NCBI GenBank assembly: GCA_036007925.1
Contig: DASYOJ010000119.1
Coordinates: 1 to 40,464, forward strand
From: Candidatus Nanopelagicales bacterium
Lineage (GTDB): Bacteria; Actinomycetota; Actinomycetes; S36-B12
Reading direction: 5' to 3'
DNA: 40,464 nucleotides
Position 1 is the first letter of the stretch. Each line of letters opens with the position of its first letter. Positions 1 through 9,266 of the stretch are shown piece by piece. Position numbers and translations under genes: made by a program. The notes under the pieces are model-generated. The model was not told the origin of the DNA. It saw nothing but the letters and a program-made list of their open reading frames with translations, and did no database searches.

Positions 1-245
1 AGAACGCGTTTGATTCCCTCGAGTGACAAGCCCTCCGCGGACAGTTGCGCGATTTCACGCAGGCGGGCAATGTCTTGTCCGCTGTAAAGCCGGTTGCGAC
101 CACCTACACGAGTGGGCACAACGAGACCGGCGCGGTCGTATTGACGCAGCGTCTGCGGATGCAGTCCCGCCAGTTCGGCCGCAACGGAGATCGCGTAGAC
201 CGGCGCATCCGAGGCCACCGAGAACGATGCTCGCTGCTCAGCCAC
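1..245 (-). CDS. hspR: HspR heat-shock repressor (MerR family), C-terminus cut by window edge
   Basis: Minus-strand translation from GTG at 245 gives VAEQRASFSVASDAPVYAISVAAELAGLHPQTLRQYDRAGLVVPTRVGGRNRLYSGQDIARLREIAQLSAEGLSLEGIKRV, a MerR-type HTH. The start overlaps the dnaJ stop (238-240). It sits last in the dnaK-grpE-dnaJ-hspR order typical of Actinobacteria. Confidence 0.85.
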   Translation of the reverse strand, partial: MAEQRASFSVASDAPVYAISVAAELAGLHPQTLRQYDRAGLVVPTRVGGRNRLYSGQDIARLREIAQLSAEGLSLEGIKRV

Positions 246-1422
246 GTGAACCACCTGCCATCGCGGTCAGGTCCTTGCGGGGGTCCTCACCTGCCGATGC
301 GTCGGCGTACGCCTGCAAGGCCTCGCGGGCTTCATCCGACATGTTCTGCGGGACCGCCACTTCGACGGTGGCGAGTAGATCGCCGTTCTTGCCGTCTTTG
401 CCGCGGATGCCCTTGCCCTTGACGCGGAAGGTTCGACCATTCGATGTTCCTGCGGGGATCTTGACCGTGACTGATCCACCGCGAGGTGTAGGCACGGCGA
501 TCTGGCTACCGAGTGCAGCTTCGGCGAACGTGACCGGAACGGTGATCGTCACATTGTTGCCTTTACGACCGAACACCGCGTGCGCGCTGACATGGACGGT
601 GACGAACAAATCGCCCGCCGGTCCGCCACGCTCGCCAGGAGATCCCTTGCCCTTCAGTCGGATTCGAGAGCCGTCCTTGACTCCGGCGGGGATGCGCGCC
701 TGCACAGTGCGTGTGCTCATGCCACGTCCAGAACCACTGCACGACGTACACGGATCATCAACGAATAGACCGCGACCTCGACATGACGGGCACGGCTCGG
801 CGAACGCGAAGCCACCGGCGTTGCGTGACACCTGGCCGGTGCCGTCGCACGTGGGACACAAACGCGGCACAGTTCCAGCCTTGGCGCCGGTGCCGTTGCA
901 GACCGAACACGGTGCATCGCTGCTCAGGCGAAGCGGAACGGTGACACCGTCGAGAGCATCGTCGAAGGAAAGGGTGAGTTCGCTCTCGAGGTCTTGTCCG
1001 CGACGTGGTTGACGACTACGTCCACCGCCAGCACCACCTCGATTGAACAGACCACCGAGGAAGTCACCGAAACCGCCTCCGCCATCACCGAAGAGGTCTT
1101 CTACGTTGACGTTGTACTGGCCACCGCCAAAACCGCCGCCGCCGTAGCCGCCTCCTCCGCCGAAGCCACCACCGGGGAATCCTCCGCCGGCGAATAGCGC
1201 TCGGGCTTCGTCGTACTCCTTGCGCTTCTTGGAATCGGACAGGACGTCGTACGCCTCGGAAACCTCTTTGAACTTCGCCTCAGCTTTCGCATCACCCGGG
1301 TTCTTATCCGGGTGCAATTCACGCGCGAGGGTCCGGTACTTCTTTTTGAGTTCGGCCTCAGTTGCGTCCTTAGACACACCTAAGGTGGCGTAGAAGTCCT
1401 TCTCCAACCAGTCCTTGTTCAT
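238..1422 (-). CDS. dnaJ: Chaperone DnaJ (Hsp40)
   Basis: 394 aa. J-domain (DFYATLGV...HPDKNPGD), Gly-rich linker and four CxxCxGxG zinc-finger repeats (CSVCNGTG, CPTCDGTG, CPSCRGRG, CTSCSGSG). Confidence 0.96.
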   Translation of the reverse strand: MNKDWLEKDFYATLGVSKDATEAELKKKYRTLARELHPDKNPGDAKAEAKFKEVSEAYDVLSDSKKRKEYDEARALFAGGGFPGGGFGGGGGYGGGGFGGGQYNVNVEDLFGDGGGGFGDFLGGLFNRGGAGGGRSRQPRRGQDLESELTLSFDDALDGVTVPLRLSSDAPCSVCNGTGAKAGTVPRLCPTCDGTGQVSRNAGGFAFAEPCPSCRGRGLFVDDPCTSCSGSGRGMSTRTVQARIPAGVKDGSRIRLKGKGSPGERGGPAGDLFVTVHVSAHAVFGRKGNNVTITVPVTFAEAALGSQIAVPTPRGGSVTVKIPAGTSNGRTFRVKGKGIRGKDGKNGDLLATVEVAVPQNMSDEAREALQAYADASAGEDPRKDLTAMAGGSRG

Positions 1423-1475
1423 ATTCCTTTGCCTCAGCTATGCAGTTCGCAACGCTTCAATTAGGTGAGCCCTGA

Positions 1476-2057
1476 TCAGGTGCCCGCGACCGCAACACGT
1501 GCCGGGCGCAGTACACGACCGGCAAATCGGTAACCCGGTTGGTAGACCGTGGTGACCGTGGGCACCGAGACGGCGTCGTTCTCTTCGCTCGTCAGTGCCT
1601 CGTGCACAGTCGGATCAAATTCCTCACCGGAAGCACCGAACCGCTCAAGACCCAACTTGGTCAGCGCAGCTTCGAACGCTTCGCCAACGGTCCGGAAAGC
1701 ACCTTCGAGTTCGCCATGTTCGCGGGCCCGTTCGATGTCGTCGAGCACCGGGAGGAGCTCGTTGATGGCTCCCGCCACCGCCATCTCCTGCACGACTACG
1801 CGATCACGCTCAACGCGCTTGCGGTAGTTCGCGTACTCCGCATGCACGCGCTGCAAATCTGCTGTGAGTTCAGCGACCTTGGCCTCGACCCCGGCAACGT
1901 CACCTTCGAGTGCACTGGCCGCGGCATCTTCCGCGGCCAGTGCCTCGTTGCGAGCTGCGCTCTCCCGGACTTCGAAGGTCTCCGGATCGATGCGGCGCTT
2001 GTCGCTTACGCGAACGCCTTCGCCGGCTTGTTCTTCTTCATGTCCGGGGTTGCTCAT
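1476..2057 (-). CDS. grpE: Nucleotide exchange factor GrpE
   Basis: 193 aa with a GrpE-like coiled-coil plus C-terminal beta domain ([14 protein letters not shown]...V.Q.GY). ATGA overlap with the dnaK stop at 2054-2057. Confidence 0.93.
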   Translation of the reverse strand: MSNPGHEEEQAGEGVRVSDKRRIDPETFEVRESAARNEALAAEDAAASALEGDVAGVEAKVAELTADLQRVHAEYANYRKRVERDRVVVQEMAVAGAINELLPVLDDIERAREHGELEGAFRTVGEAFEAALTKLGLERFGASGEEFDPTVHEALTSEENDAVSVPTVTTVYQPGYRFAGRVLRPARVAVAGT

Positions 2058-3895
2058 TTGGCTTCGTCCTCGTCCACGATCTCCGCGTCGATGACCTCGT
2101 CCTCGGCTGCATCGGCCGCAGCATCCGCTGCGCCTTCTGCCGACTCTGTGCCCTCCTGCTGGGCCATGGTGTACATCGCTGCACCCAAGGCCTGGCTGGC
2201 CTGAGCAACCTTGTCGGTTGCACTCTTCATGGCACCGAGGTCGTTGTCCTCGATCGCCTTCTTGAGTTCATTCAAAGGCTCTTCGACGTTCGCTTTCGCG
2301 TCCGCGGGAACCTTGTCCGCGTTGTCCGCGAGGAACTTCTCGGTCTGGTAAACCAGTGCCTCGGCGTTGTTGCGTACCTCGGCTTCCTCGCGGCGCTGCT
2401 TGTCCTCGTCGGCGTGCTGCTCGGCGTCACGCATCATGCGATCGATGTCTTCCTTGGACAGTGCACTGCCGCCGGAGATCGTCATCGACTGCTCTTTGCC
2501 TGTGGCCATGTCCTTCGCAGACACATGCACGATGCCGTTGGCATCGATGTCGAAGGTGACCTCGACCTGCGGGATTCCGCGAGGTGCCGGCGGAAGACCG
2601 GTCAACTCGAAGGTACCGAGTTGCTTGTTGTACGCGGCCATCTCACGCTCGCCTTGGTACACCTGGATCAGCACCGACGGTTGGTTGTCCTCGGCCGTGG
2701 TGAAAATCTCGCTGCGCTTGGTGGGAATGGTGGTGTTGCGCTCGATGAGTTTGGTCATCACGCCGCCCTTGGTTTCGATGCCGAGGGATAACGGGGTGAC
2801 GTCGAGCAGCAGGACGTCCTTGACGTCGCCGCGCAGAACACCTGCTTGCAGTGCGGCACCGATAGCTACAACCTCATCGGGGTTCACGCCCTTGTTGGCG
2901 TCCTTACCGGTGACTTCCTTGACCAAGTCAGCCACAGCAGGCATACGCGTCGAGCCACCAACCAGAACAACCTGATCGATGTCCTTCACCGAAATACCCG
3001 CGTCCTTGATCACTGCCTCGACCGGAGCCTTGGTGCGCTTCAACAGATCCGCGGTCAAGGATTCGAACTGAGCGCGGCTCAGCGTCTCCTCCAAGTGCAG
3101 CGGACCTTCAGCGCTGGCGGTGATGTACGGGAGGTTGATCGAGGACTGAGTGGAAGACGACAGTTCAATCTTGGCTTTCTCGGCCGCTTCCTGCAGACGC
3201 TGCATGGCCATCTTGTCTTTAGACAGATCAACACCGTGCGCGTTCTTGAACTGAGTGACCATCCAGTTGACGACCGCGTTGTCCCAGTCGTCGCCACCAA
3301 GGTTGTTGTCACCACTCGTGGCCTTGACTTCCACAACACCGTCGCCGATCTCCAGCAACGAAACGTCGAACGTTCCGCCACCGAGGTCGAACACGAGGAT
3401 CGTCTGCTCTTGGTCGCCCTTGTCCAAGCCGTACGCGAGTGCGGCGGAGGTGGGCTCGTTGATGATGCGCAACACGTTCAAACCAGCGATCTCGCCAGCT
3501 TCCTTCGTTGCTTGGCGCTGGGCATCGGAGAAGTACGCGGGGACCGTGATGACGGCGTCGGTGACGGAATCACCGAGGTAGGCCTCAGCGTCGCGCTTCA
3601 ACTTCATCAGGGTTCTGGCACTGATCTCTTGCGCGGTGTACTTCTTTCCGTCGATCTCGATCGTCCAGTCGGTGCCCATGTGGCGCTTGACGGAGCGAAT
3701 CGTGCGATCGATGTTCGTGACGGCTTGGCGCTTGGCGACTTCGCCAACGAGTACCTCGCCGTTCTTGGCGAAGGCGACAACGGACGGGGTAGTCCGCGAG
3801 CCCTCTGCGTTGGCGATGACGACGGGGTCTCCGCCTTCGAGGACCGAGACGACGGAGTTGGTCGTACCCAGGTCGATACCTACTGCTCTAGCCAT
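2054..3895 (-). CDS. dnaK: Chaperone DnaK (Hsp70)
   Basis: Start taken at the internal ATG (3895) giving [18 protein letters not shown], the canonical Hsp70 N-terminus. AAGGAG lies about 11 nt upstream. The ORF-track extension to 3988 lacks homology-like sequence. Confidence 0.97.
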   Translation of the reverse strand: MARAVGIDLGTTNSVVSVLEGGDPVVIANAEGSRTTPSVVAFAKNGEVLVGEVAKRQAVTNIDRTIRSVKRHMGTDWTIEIDGKKYTAQEISARTLMKLKRDAEAYLGDSVTDAVITVPAYFSDAQRQATKEAGEIAGLNVLRIINEPTSAALAYGLDKGDQEQTILVFDLGGGTFDVSLLEIGDGVVEVKATSGDNNLGGDDWDNAVVNWMVTQFKNAHGVDLSKDKMAMQRLQEAAEKAKIELSSSTQSSINLPYITASAEGPLHLEETLSRAQFESLTADLLKRTKAPVEAVIKDAGISVKDIDQVVLVGGSTRMPAVADLVKEVTGKDANKGVNPDEVVAIGAALQAGVLRGDVKDVLLLDVTPLSLGIETKGGVMTKLIERNTTIPTKRSEIFTTAEDNQPSVLIQVYQGEREMAAYNKQLGTFELTGLPPAPRGIPQVEVTFDIDANGIVHVSAKDMATGKEQSMTISGGSALSKEDIDRMMRDAEQHADEDKQRREEAEVRNNAEALVYQTEKFLADNADKVPADAKANVEEPLNELKKAIEDNDLGAMKSATDKVAQASQALGAAMYTMAQQEGTESAEGAADAAADAAEDEVIDAEIVDEDEAK

Positions 3896-4023
3896 GGTGG
3901 CTGTTCTCCTTTTCGTTTCCCGAGATCGGGGGTGTGTTCGTGGTCTTTCGTGGGTGGTGCTGAAGTCAGGTAAGTAAGTGTGCCCCAAGGATCACAACTC
4001 ATGCAAATCGAGAGTCATAACCT

Positions 4024-4042
4024 TTGAGTCGCACCGACTCAA
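4024..4042. promoter_or_regulatory. HAIR (HspR-associated inverted repeat) operator upstream of dnaK
   Basis: TTGAGT-cgcaccg-ACTCAA (6+7+6). On the minus strand it reads ATTGAGT-N7-ACTCAAA, versus the consensus CTTGAGT-N7-ACTCAAG. It lies about 130 nt upstream of the dnaK ATG. Confidence 0.7.
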
Positions 4043-4118
4043 TAGTGACAACAGTGACCGGGCAGGAGACATTCCCCTAAGAACTCGCAATTCGAGTGAT
4101 CTACATCACATACAAGGG

Positions 4119-5462
4119 TCAACTACGCCTGTCGCGCTTGAACCGATCGGTGGCCATCGGGGAATCGGTGAAACGGATCCGGGCCGGAACTTGCCACGGC
4201 TCCAGCGATGCCAGGCAGGCCGCGCGGATCCGACCGCGGATCTGCGCGCGCAGCCCGGGGTCGGACTGCTCGGTGTAGACCGTGGCTGCCACCAGGTGGC
4301 CGGTGAGCGGGGTCGGCTCGGCGGCCACCGCCACATCGAGGACGCCGGGTACCTCGGCGATCACCGATTCCACGGTAGCCGGGTGGACCTTTTGACCCCC
4401 GACGTTGATGGTGTCGTCTCGGCGGCCCAGGAAACGGATGCGATCGCCGTCCACTTCGACCTCATCACCGGTGTCGAACCACCCATCACGGTCGAAGGGA
4501 TCCGGCGCGTTCAAGTAGCCGGCCATCGCGGTGGTCGTGCGGATACGCAAGGTGCCGTCGACCACTCTCCACTGCAGTTCCGGACCTCCGATCGACACCC
4601 AGGTCGACTCGTCTACCGATCGAGACCGAACGATGCCGAGTTCGCTCATGCCGTAGGTTTGTAGCAATCTCACGTGGGGCAGTGCTTCGCGCACCGCGGA
4701 GAGGGTCGAAGCCGGCATCACCTCCGTGCCATAGGTGATCAGCTCAAGGCTCGCAAGCCGCGGCAGCTCCTGCGCTATCGCGAGCATGTTCAAGTAGGTG
4801 GGAGTAGTGGGCAGCACCTGGACACCTTCAGCCTGTATGCGCTCGGCGACCACACGCGGACTCCGATCGGGCATCGTGACGACGCAACCACCGTGCGCGA
4901 GGGTATGCAAGACGGTGTTGACACCCCCGATGTGATCGGACAGTAGGAAGGCTGCAACCTTCGCGGCTGGCCGTTGATCCTCAAACCGAGTCAACAGGCG
5001 GTTGACGTCATGCACCACACCTTTCGGTTCACCACTCGATCCACTGGTGAACAGGACAAGTCCGGGCGCATCCGCGGCGATCAACCGTTGATACGGCACC
5101 GGTGGGTGGGTGTCAGGACCAGAGTCGATACGCACACCGATCGGCTCCAAAGCCAACTCACCGCGCACATGGGCGATATCCCTCAGCCGTGCAACGGTGG
5201 CGACCGGAACCGACGGGTTGATGGGAACGGCCACCATGCCACTGGCCCAACTACCGAGCAGCCCAGCCATCCCGAGTCCACCGTGCTCAGCGCGAACTTC
5301 CAGCGCATCCCCCAACTCCAGGTCGCTCGCATCGATTGCGTAACGAACTTCCTCGCAAGCGGACAACAGTTCCGCGTAGGTCCAGGACCGTGAAGGTTCG
5401 GCGATTGCCTCGCGATCTCCGTAGCCACGAAGCCGATCGAGGAATACGGCGATGCCGCTCAC
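4119..5462 (-). CDS. Short ANL-superfamily adenylating enzyme (acyl-AMP/acyl-carrier-protein ligase-like)
   Basis: 447 aa. Motifs LFTSGSSGEPKGVVH (A3), YGMSELG, WFDTGD and FLGRRDDTINVGGQKVHP. GTGA overlap with the upstream SDR stop (5459-5462). Confidence 0.85.
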   Translation of the reverse strand: MSGIAVFLDRLRGYGDREAIAEPSRSWTYAELLSACEEVRYAIDASDLELGDALEVRAEHGGLGMAGLLGSWASGMVAVPINPSVPVATVARLRDIAHVRGELALEPIGVRIDSGPDTHPPVPYQRLIAADAPGLVLFTSGSSGEPKGVVHDVNRLLTRFEDQRPAAKVAAFLLSDHIGGVNTVLHTLAHGGCVVTMPDRSPRVVAERIQAEGVQVLPTTPTYLNMLAIAQELPRLASLELITYGTEVMPASTLSAVREALPHVRLLQTYGMSELGIVRSRSVDESTWVSIGGPELQWRVVDGTLRIRTTTAMAGYLNAPDPFDRDGWFDTGDEVEVDGDRIRFLGRRDDTINVGGQKVHPATVESVIAEVPGVLDVAVAAEPTPLTGHLVAATVYTEQSDPGLRAQIRGRIRAACLASLEPWQVPARIRFTDSPMATDRFKRDRRS

Positions 5463-6166
5463 GGCCCACCGAGATACATGATCTGCCCGGTCACGAGTTG
5501 GCTGCGCTCATCGAGGAAGAACGACACCGTCCAGTAGACGTCCTCCATGGTGGCTGGCTCCGACGAACTCAGCCGGGCCTGCAAAGCATCCAACGCGCTA
5601 CGCGGCACGCCGGAGGTCAGGTCGGTCGCGATCGCGGACGGCCCGATTGCATTGACCGTGATACCCCACTCGGCAAATTCCCGAGCCATCACTCGAGTCA
5701 GGTGCTCAACAGCCGCCTTACTTGCTCCATAGGCGGCCTCGCCCTCAAGGTGCAGTGGTACGGCAATCGAGGAAAGGTTCACGATCCGCGGCGACGCACT
5801 CTTGCGCAGGGCCCGCAGCGCCTCTCGGGACACCGTGAAGGTACCTACCGTATTTACCTCGAACATCCGAGCGACGGATTCAGTGGATGCCAAAGCAGCC
5901 GCGTTCATGGAGGCTATTCCGGCGTTGTTGACAACGGCGTCCAACCCACCGAAGTGCCGCTGGACGCGCCGGATTCCGGCGCGAACCGATTCAACATCCG
6001 TGACGTCCATTGGGAAGGACAGTTCCCGGGCACCCTCGACTTCCGCGCAGGTCCGGCTCACCGAAGCGACCGCCCAGCCATCGGCCACGAGGCGCTGGGC
6101 CAGGAACTCGCCGATTCCTCGACTCGCTCCAGTGATCAGGGCTACACGGCTCACGAAGCACCTCAC
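5459..6166 (-). CDS. Short-chain dehydrogenase/reductase (FabG-like)
   Basis: 235 aa. Rossmann motif ITGASRGIG, NNAG and catalytic YGASKAAV (YxxxK). GTGA overlap with the upstream ACP stop. Confidence 0.88.
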   Translation of the reverse strand: MRCFVSRVALITGASRGIGEFLAQRLVADGWAVASVSRTCAEVEGARELSFPMDVTDVESVRAGIRRVQRHFGGLDAVVNNAGIASMNAAALASTESVARMFEVNTVGTFTVSREALRALRKSASPRIVNLSSIAVPLHLEGEAAYGASKAAVEHLTRVMAREFAEWGITVNAIGPSAIATDLTSGVPRSALDALQARLSSSEPATMEDVYWTVSFFLDERSQLVTGQIMYLGGP

Positions 6167-6465
6167 CCACCCGAAGGGGTGGCCACTTGCTCGATGACGA
6201 AATCGCGAATGGTGCCGACAGTTCGCAAGGGACTGCGTTCCCGCGACATCGCTGTGTCGCTGGTCAAGGAAACCTCCGCACCGAAGTCCTCGTCGATACG
6301 CGCTTCGATCTCCATGACCACGGATACCAACCCCACGGAATCCAAGAAGGCCTCGGGCCCAATGAGCAAAGTCTCCGAATCCACCTGGGCAACCTCGATG
6401 CCGCGCTCGTCGGCGATCTGTCGAACCACCTCGATGATGACCGCTTCAGCGTCTTCGGGCGTCAC
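6163..6465 (-). CDS. Free-standing acyl/peptidyl carrier protein
   Basis: 100 aa, acidic helical protein with the phosphopantetheine-site-like FLDSVGLVSVVMEIE. GTGA overlap with the upstream methyltransferase stop. Confidence 0.75.
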   Translation of the reverse strand: MTPEDAEAVIIEVVRQIADERGIEVAQVDSETLLIGPEAFLDSVGLVSVVMEIEARIDEDFGAEVSLTSDTAMSRERSPLRTVGTIRDFVIEQVATPSGG

Positions 6466-7157
6466 TGCTGCACGCCTTTGATGGCGATTTCGAAGCCGAG
6501 GGCGAATGGACCGTCCTCGGGTGCGGTGATGACAGTGCGATCGGTCAAGCCTGCGGCTTCGATCAGTGCACGGGCATCAGCCAGCGACAACTTCTCCTCC
6601 ACGATCGACTCCGGTACGCCGTACTTCTCCCGCTCGGCATTGAAGGCGGCGCGGGCGTCGGGGTGCGCATCACGACGCACATCATGGATGACCACCATGC
6701 CATCGGGCGCCACCACACGAGCCATCTCCTTCACCGCCTCGAGCGGATCACGGAAGTGGTGCAAGGTCGAGCGGCTGATCACCAACGCAGCTGACGCGTC
6801 GGGAACGGGGAGTTCGTGAGCATCCCCGAACCGCACTTCCACCTGCGAACTCAACCCTGCTTCGGCCACCGCACGATTCGCCTCGGCAACCATGTCATCG
6901 AAGGAGTCCAGCCCGATGAACTGCAATTGCTCCAGTTCCGGTTCACGGGCAGCTCGGACGAGGAACTGCGCGGTTCCCGTTCCGATATCGACTAAGGTGC
7001 CTGTGCTGTCGCCGCGTTCGGACAGGATCTGCCCCAGCCGCCAGACCAAAGCATCGTCGAAGTGGCGCACGGCATTGGCGGTGTATTCGTCGTACTTGCT
7101 TGCGGAGTAACGGACCGCGAGGTCCTCCTCCATCTTCGGAACGCTTCCTTCGCTCAT
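6462..7157 (-). CDS. Class I SAM-dependent methyltransferase
   Basis: Motif I is LVDIGTGTAQF. Start set at the ATG (7157) in an ATGA overlap with the upstream gene's stop (7154-7157). The ORF track extends to 7181. Confidence 0.82.
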   Translation of the reverse strand: MSEGSVPKMEEDLAVRYSASKYDEYTANAVRHFDDALVWRLGQILSERGDSTGTLVDIGTGTAQFLVRAAREPELEQLQFIGLDSFDDMVAEANRAVAEAGLSSQVEVRFGDAHELPVPDASAALVISRSTLHHFRDPLEAVKEMARVVAPDGMVVIHDVRRDAHPDARAAFNAEREKYGVPESIVEEKLSLADARALIEAAGLTDRTVITAPEDGPFALGFEIAIKGVQQ

Positions 7158-8083
7158 GCCGATGCCTCCTCGTAGCCCCATTTGCGTTTGAGATTCTCCA
7201 GTCCCTCATCACCGAGCACCTCCCTGGCGATGACACCGAGTTCCTCACGGGTCAGGCCGGTGTCTCGCAGGAACTCACCGATCCAATGGTCGAGAGATGC
7301 ACCATCGGTCACCTTGCCCCCGGCGAAGCGGGCCACCAGTTGCTGGGCGTACTCGCGGCGCGCCGGGATCATGATTTCGTCCATCGACACACCCTCAGCG
7401 AGCGCTCTTGTTTCCAGGGTGGGTTGCCGCCACGCATCATCCGTAGTCATCACGACCGGCCAACCGCGCACGTCCACCACCGCGTAGCCGGACAGCGCAT
7501 CGGCCCAATCAGCGATATCGGCAGGTGAACACATGGCGATACGACCGCCGGCAGCTGCGAAGGGGACGAGTCGTTCGGTGTCGATCAACTCGACCATCGC
7601 TTCATGCACCCCCGGATAGATCGGATTCGCGACATCATCGACGATCGCCACGCCCCCGGCGCACAGGAGCTCGGCGGTGGTCAGCAGGTCGTGCAAGGTG
7701 CCCTCGTAGGTGTGATCTCCATCGATGCTGACCATGCGCACGGAGGATGCGCCCAGGGCGGCGAGTTCCGTGCGAATGCGGGTGGCATCGATGTCATTGG
7801 TGTTCCCCATCACCATGCTCGCATTCGTCAGGCCGTAGGACTCGATGTGCGGGCGAACGTGTGCATCATCGAGGTCCAAGCCGAGTACGGGACTGTCCGG
7901 ATCCAGTAATGCCAACAGGATGAGGCTGCGTCCGTGGTGGACACCGAATTCCACGCGAGCGCCTGACGTACCACGCTGCTGTTGACGTGCGTCGATATCG
8001 CAGATCAGTTGCGCAGCTCCGGGCTGCAACCAGCCGTCTACGTTCTCCAGTGAATCCAGGTATTGCCGCACCGCTTCACTCAT
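7154..8083 (-). CDS. SAM-dependent methyltransferase-like protein (Methyltransf_24/TylF-like core) with a C-terminal extension of about 90 aa
   Basis: VEFGVHHGRSLILLA ... SIDGDHTYEGTLHDL resembles the class I MT fold of the O-MT family 3/TylF type. ATG at 8083 is preceded by AAGGAGG at 6 nt spacing. The C-terminal third has no motif I recognise. Confidence 0.65.
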   Translation of the reverse strand: MSEAVRQYLDSLENVDGWLQPGAAQLICDIDARQQQRGTSGARVEFGVHHGRSLILLALLDPDSPVLGLDLDDAHVRPHIESYGLTNASMVMGNTNDIDATRIRTELAALGASSVRMVSIDGDHTYEGTLHDLLTTAELLCAGGVAIVDDVANPIYPGVHEAMVELIDTERLVPFAAAGGRIAMCSPADIADWADALSGYAVVDVRGWPVVMTTDDAWRQPTLETRALAEGVSMDEIMIPARREYAQQLVARFAGGKVTDGASLDHWIGEFLRDTGLTREELGVIAREVLGDEGLENLKRKWGYEEASA

Positions 8084-9266
8084 GGCCAACCTCCTTGAGC
8101 TGAATCAGGACGAGCGAATCAATGTCGTCCCATTGATCCCGGTCGGCGTTCTTCATCCCCCGAACGAAATCGTTGAATTGCTCCTCGGACAGCGAGATCC
8201 CCCGCTCGTGCAGCTCCCGTTCGAATGCCGCTCGCCCGGAACTCGGCCCAAGCACCAAGGCCAGCGGGGGTCCACCGACCTTGTCCGGCTCCCATGGCAG
8301 GTACGTGGTGGGGTTCTTCAAGATGCCGTCCTGATGGACGCCCGCTTCAGTTCGGTAGATGTTCTCGCCCACCAGAGCCTTGTGTAGATGGGTCGGCGGG
8401 CCGGTGCGTGTCGCACCCAAGCGACATGTGTCGTACAAGCGAGACAGGTCCAACATAACCGGACGTTGGTAACGGTCGACGTGAACATCGAGGCACATCG
8501 CCACTTCCTCGAGGGATGCGTTTCCGGCTCGCTCCCCGACCCCGTTCAACGCCACCTGTGCGATATCCGCACCGGCATCGACTCCGGCGACGGTGTTAGC
8601 TACCGCGAGCCCGAGATCATCATGGAAGTGAACCGCGAAGAGCGCTTCTGCTAAGCCGGGAAGTTCATCGAAAAGGTACCCAAGCCGTTCTCGAACATCC
8701 TCGGGGGTGGCGATGCCCACGGTGTCGGTGTAGCCGAGTACGCGAGCACCGGATTCCAGCGCAGCGCGGTACAACCGCACGAGCACCTCCGGTTCGGTGC
8801 GAGTGGCGTCCTCCGGACTGAACGCACAGGTGCCGACGGTTGCCACGGCATGGGCCACGCTCGCGCGAACTGTGGCCTCCAACTGGTCGACATCCATGTG
8901 GAGTTTGTCCCGTCGATGCACGGGACTACTACCCAGGAAGACCGTCACGGCACGGCGTTCGGGCGGCAACTCGCCCAGAGCAACGGCCACCGCGTCGATA
9001 TCGGACTCCCGCGCTCGAGCCAGTCCGGAAATGATGATGCCGTCCACCTCGGCCGCTACCCGTTGGACGGCGGCGAGTTCCCGCTCGGAGTTGGCCGGAA
9101 AGCCGGCGTCGATACTCGCAACACCAAGATCGCGAAGCGCACGCGCGAGTTCGACTTTCCCATCGGCGTCGAGCAGCGATCCGGGCATCTGATCACCTTC
9201 ACGCAAGGTTGTGTCGCTGAAGATGACCGGGCGCGGCCGCTCGTCGATCCGTGAAGCCCTGCTCAT
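8076..9266 (-). CDS. DRE-TIM metallolyase, 2-isopropylmalate/homocitrate synthase-like, lacking the LeuA regulatory domain
   Basis: [13 protein letters not shown] (DTTLRDGEQ motif) and [14 protein letters not shown] (HxH motif). About 397 aa from the ATG at 9266, which forms an ATGA overlap with the upstream stop. Confidence 0.82.
   Translation of the reverse strand: MSRASRIDERPRPVIFSDTTLREGDQMPGSLLDADGKVELARALRDLGVASIDAGFPANSERELAAVQRVAAEVDGIIISGLARARESDIDAVAVALGELPPERRAVTVFLGSSPVHRRDKLHMDVDQLEATVRASVAHAVATVGTCAFSPEDATRTEPEVLVRLYRAALESGARVLGYTDTVGIATPEDVRERLGYLFDELPGLAEALFAVHFHDDLGLAVANTVAGVDAGADIAQVALNGVGERAGNASLEEVAMCLDVHVDRYQRPVMLDLSRLYDTCRLGATRTGPPTHLHKALVGENIYRTEAGVHQDGILKNPTTYLPWEPDKVGGPPLALVLGPSSGRAAFERELHERGISLSEEQFNDFVRGMKNADRDQWDDIDSLVLIQLKEVGHE

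Noticed and set aside
23-1012. A 329-aa plus-strand ORF, plus many other long ORFs opposite annotated genes. Examples are 5336-6481, 14047-15576, 15153-16856, 12503-13600, 31974-33299 and 2846-3973.
   Set aside because: They lie antisense to, or out of frame with, genes that have unmistakable family motifs. They are Arg/Pro/Ser/Ala-rich and low in complexity, as expected for spurious frames in high-GC DNA. They carry no motifs.
3896-3988. N-terminal 31-aa extension of the dnaK ORF ([17 protein letters not shown]...).
   Set aside because: The canonical Hsp70 N-terminus [14 protein letters not shown] starts at 3895 with an AAGGAG RBS. The extension would also run through the promoter and leader region.
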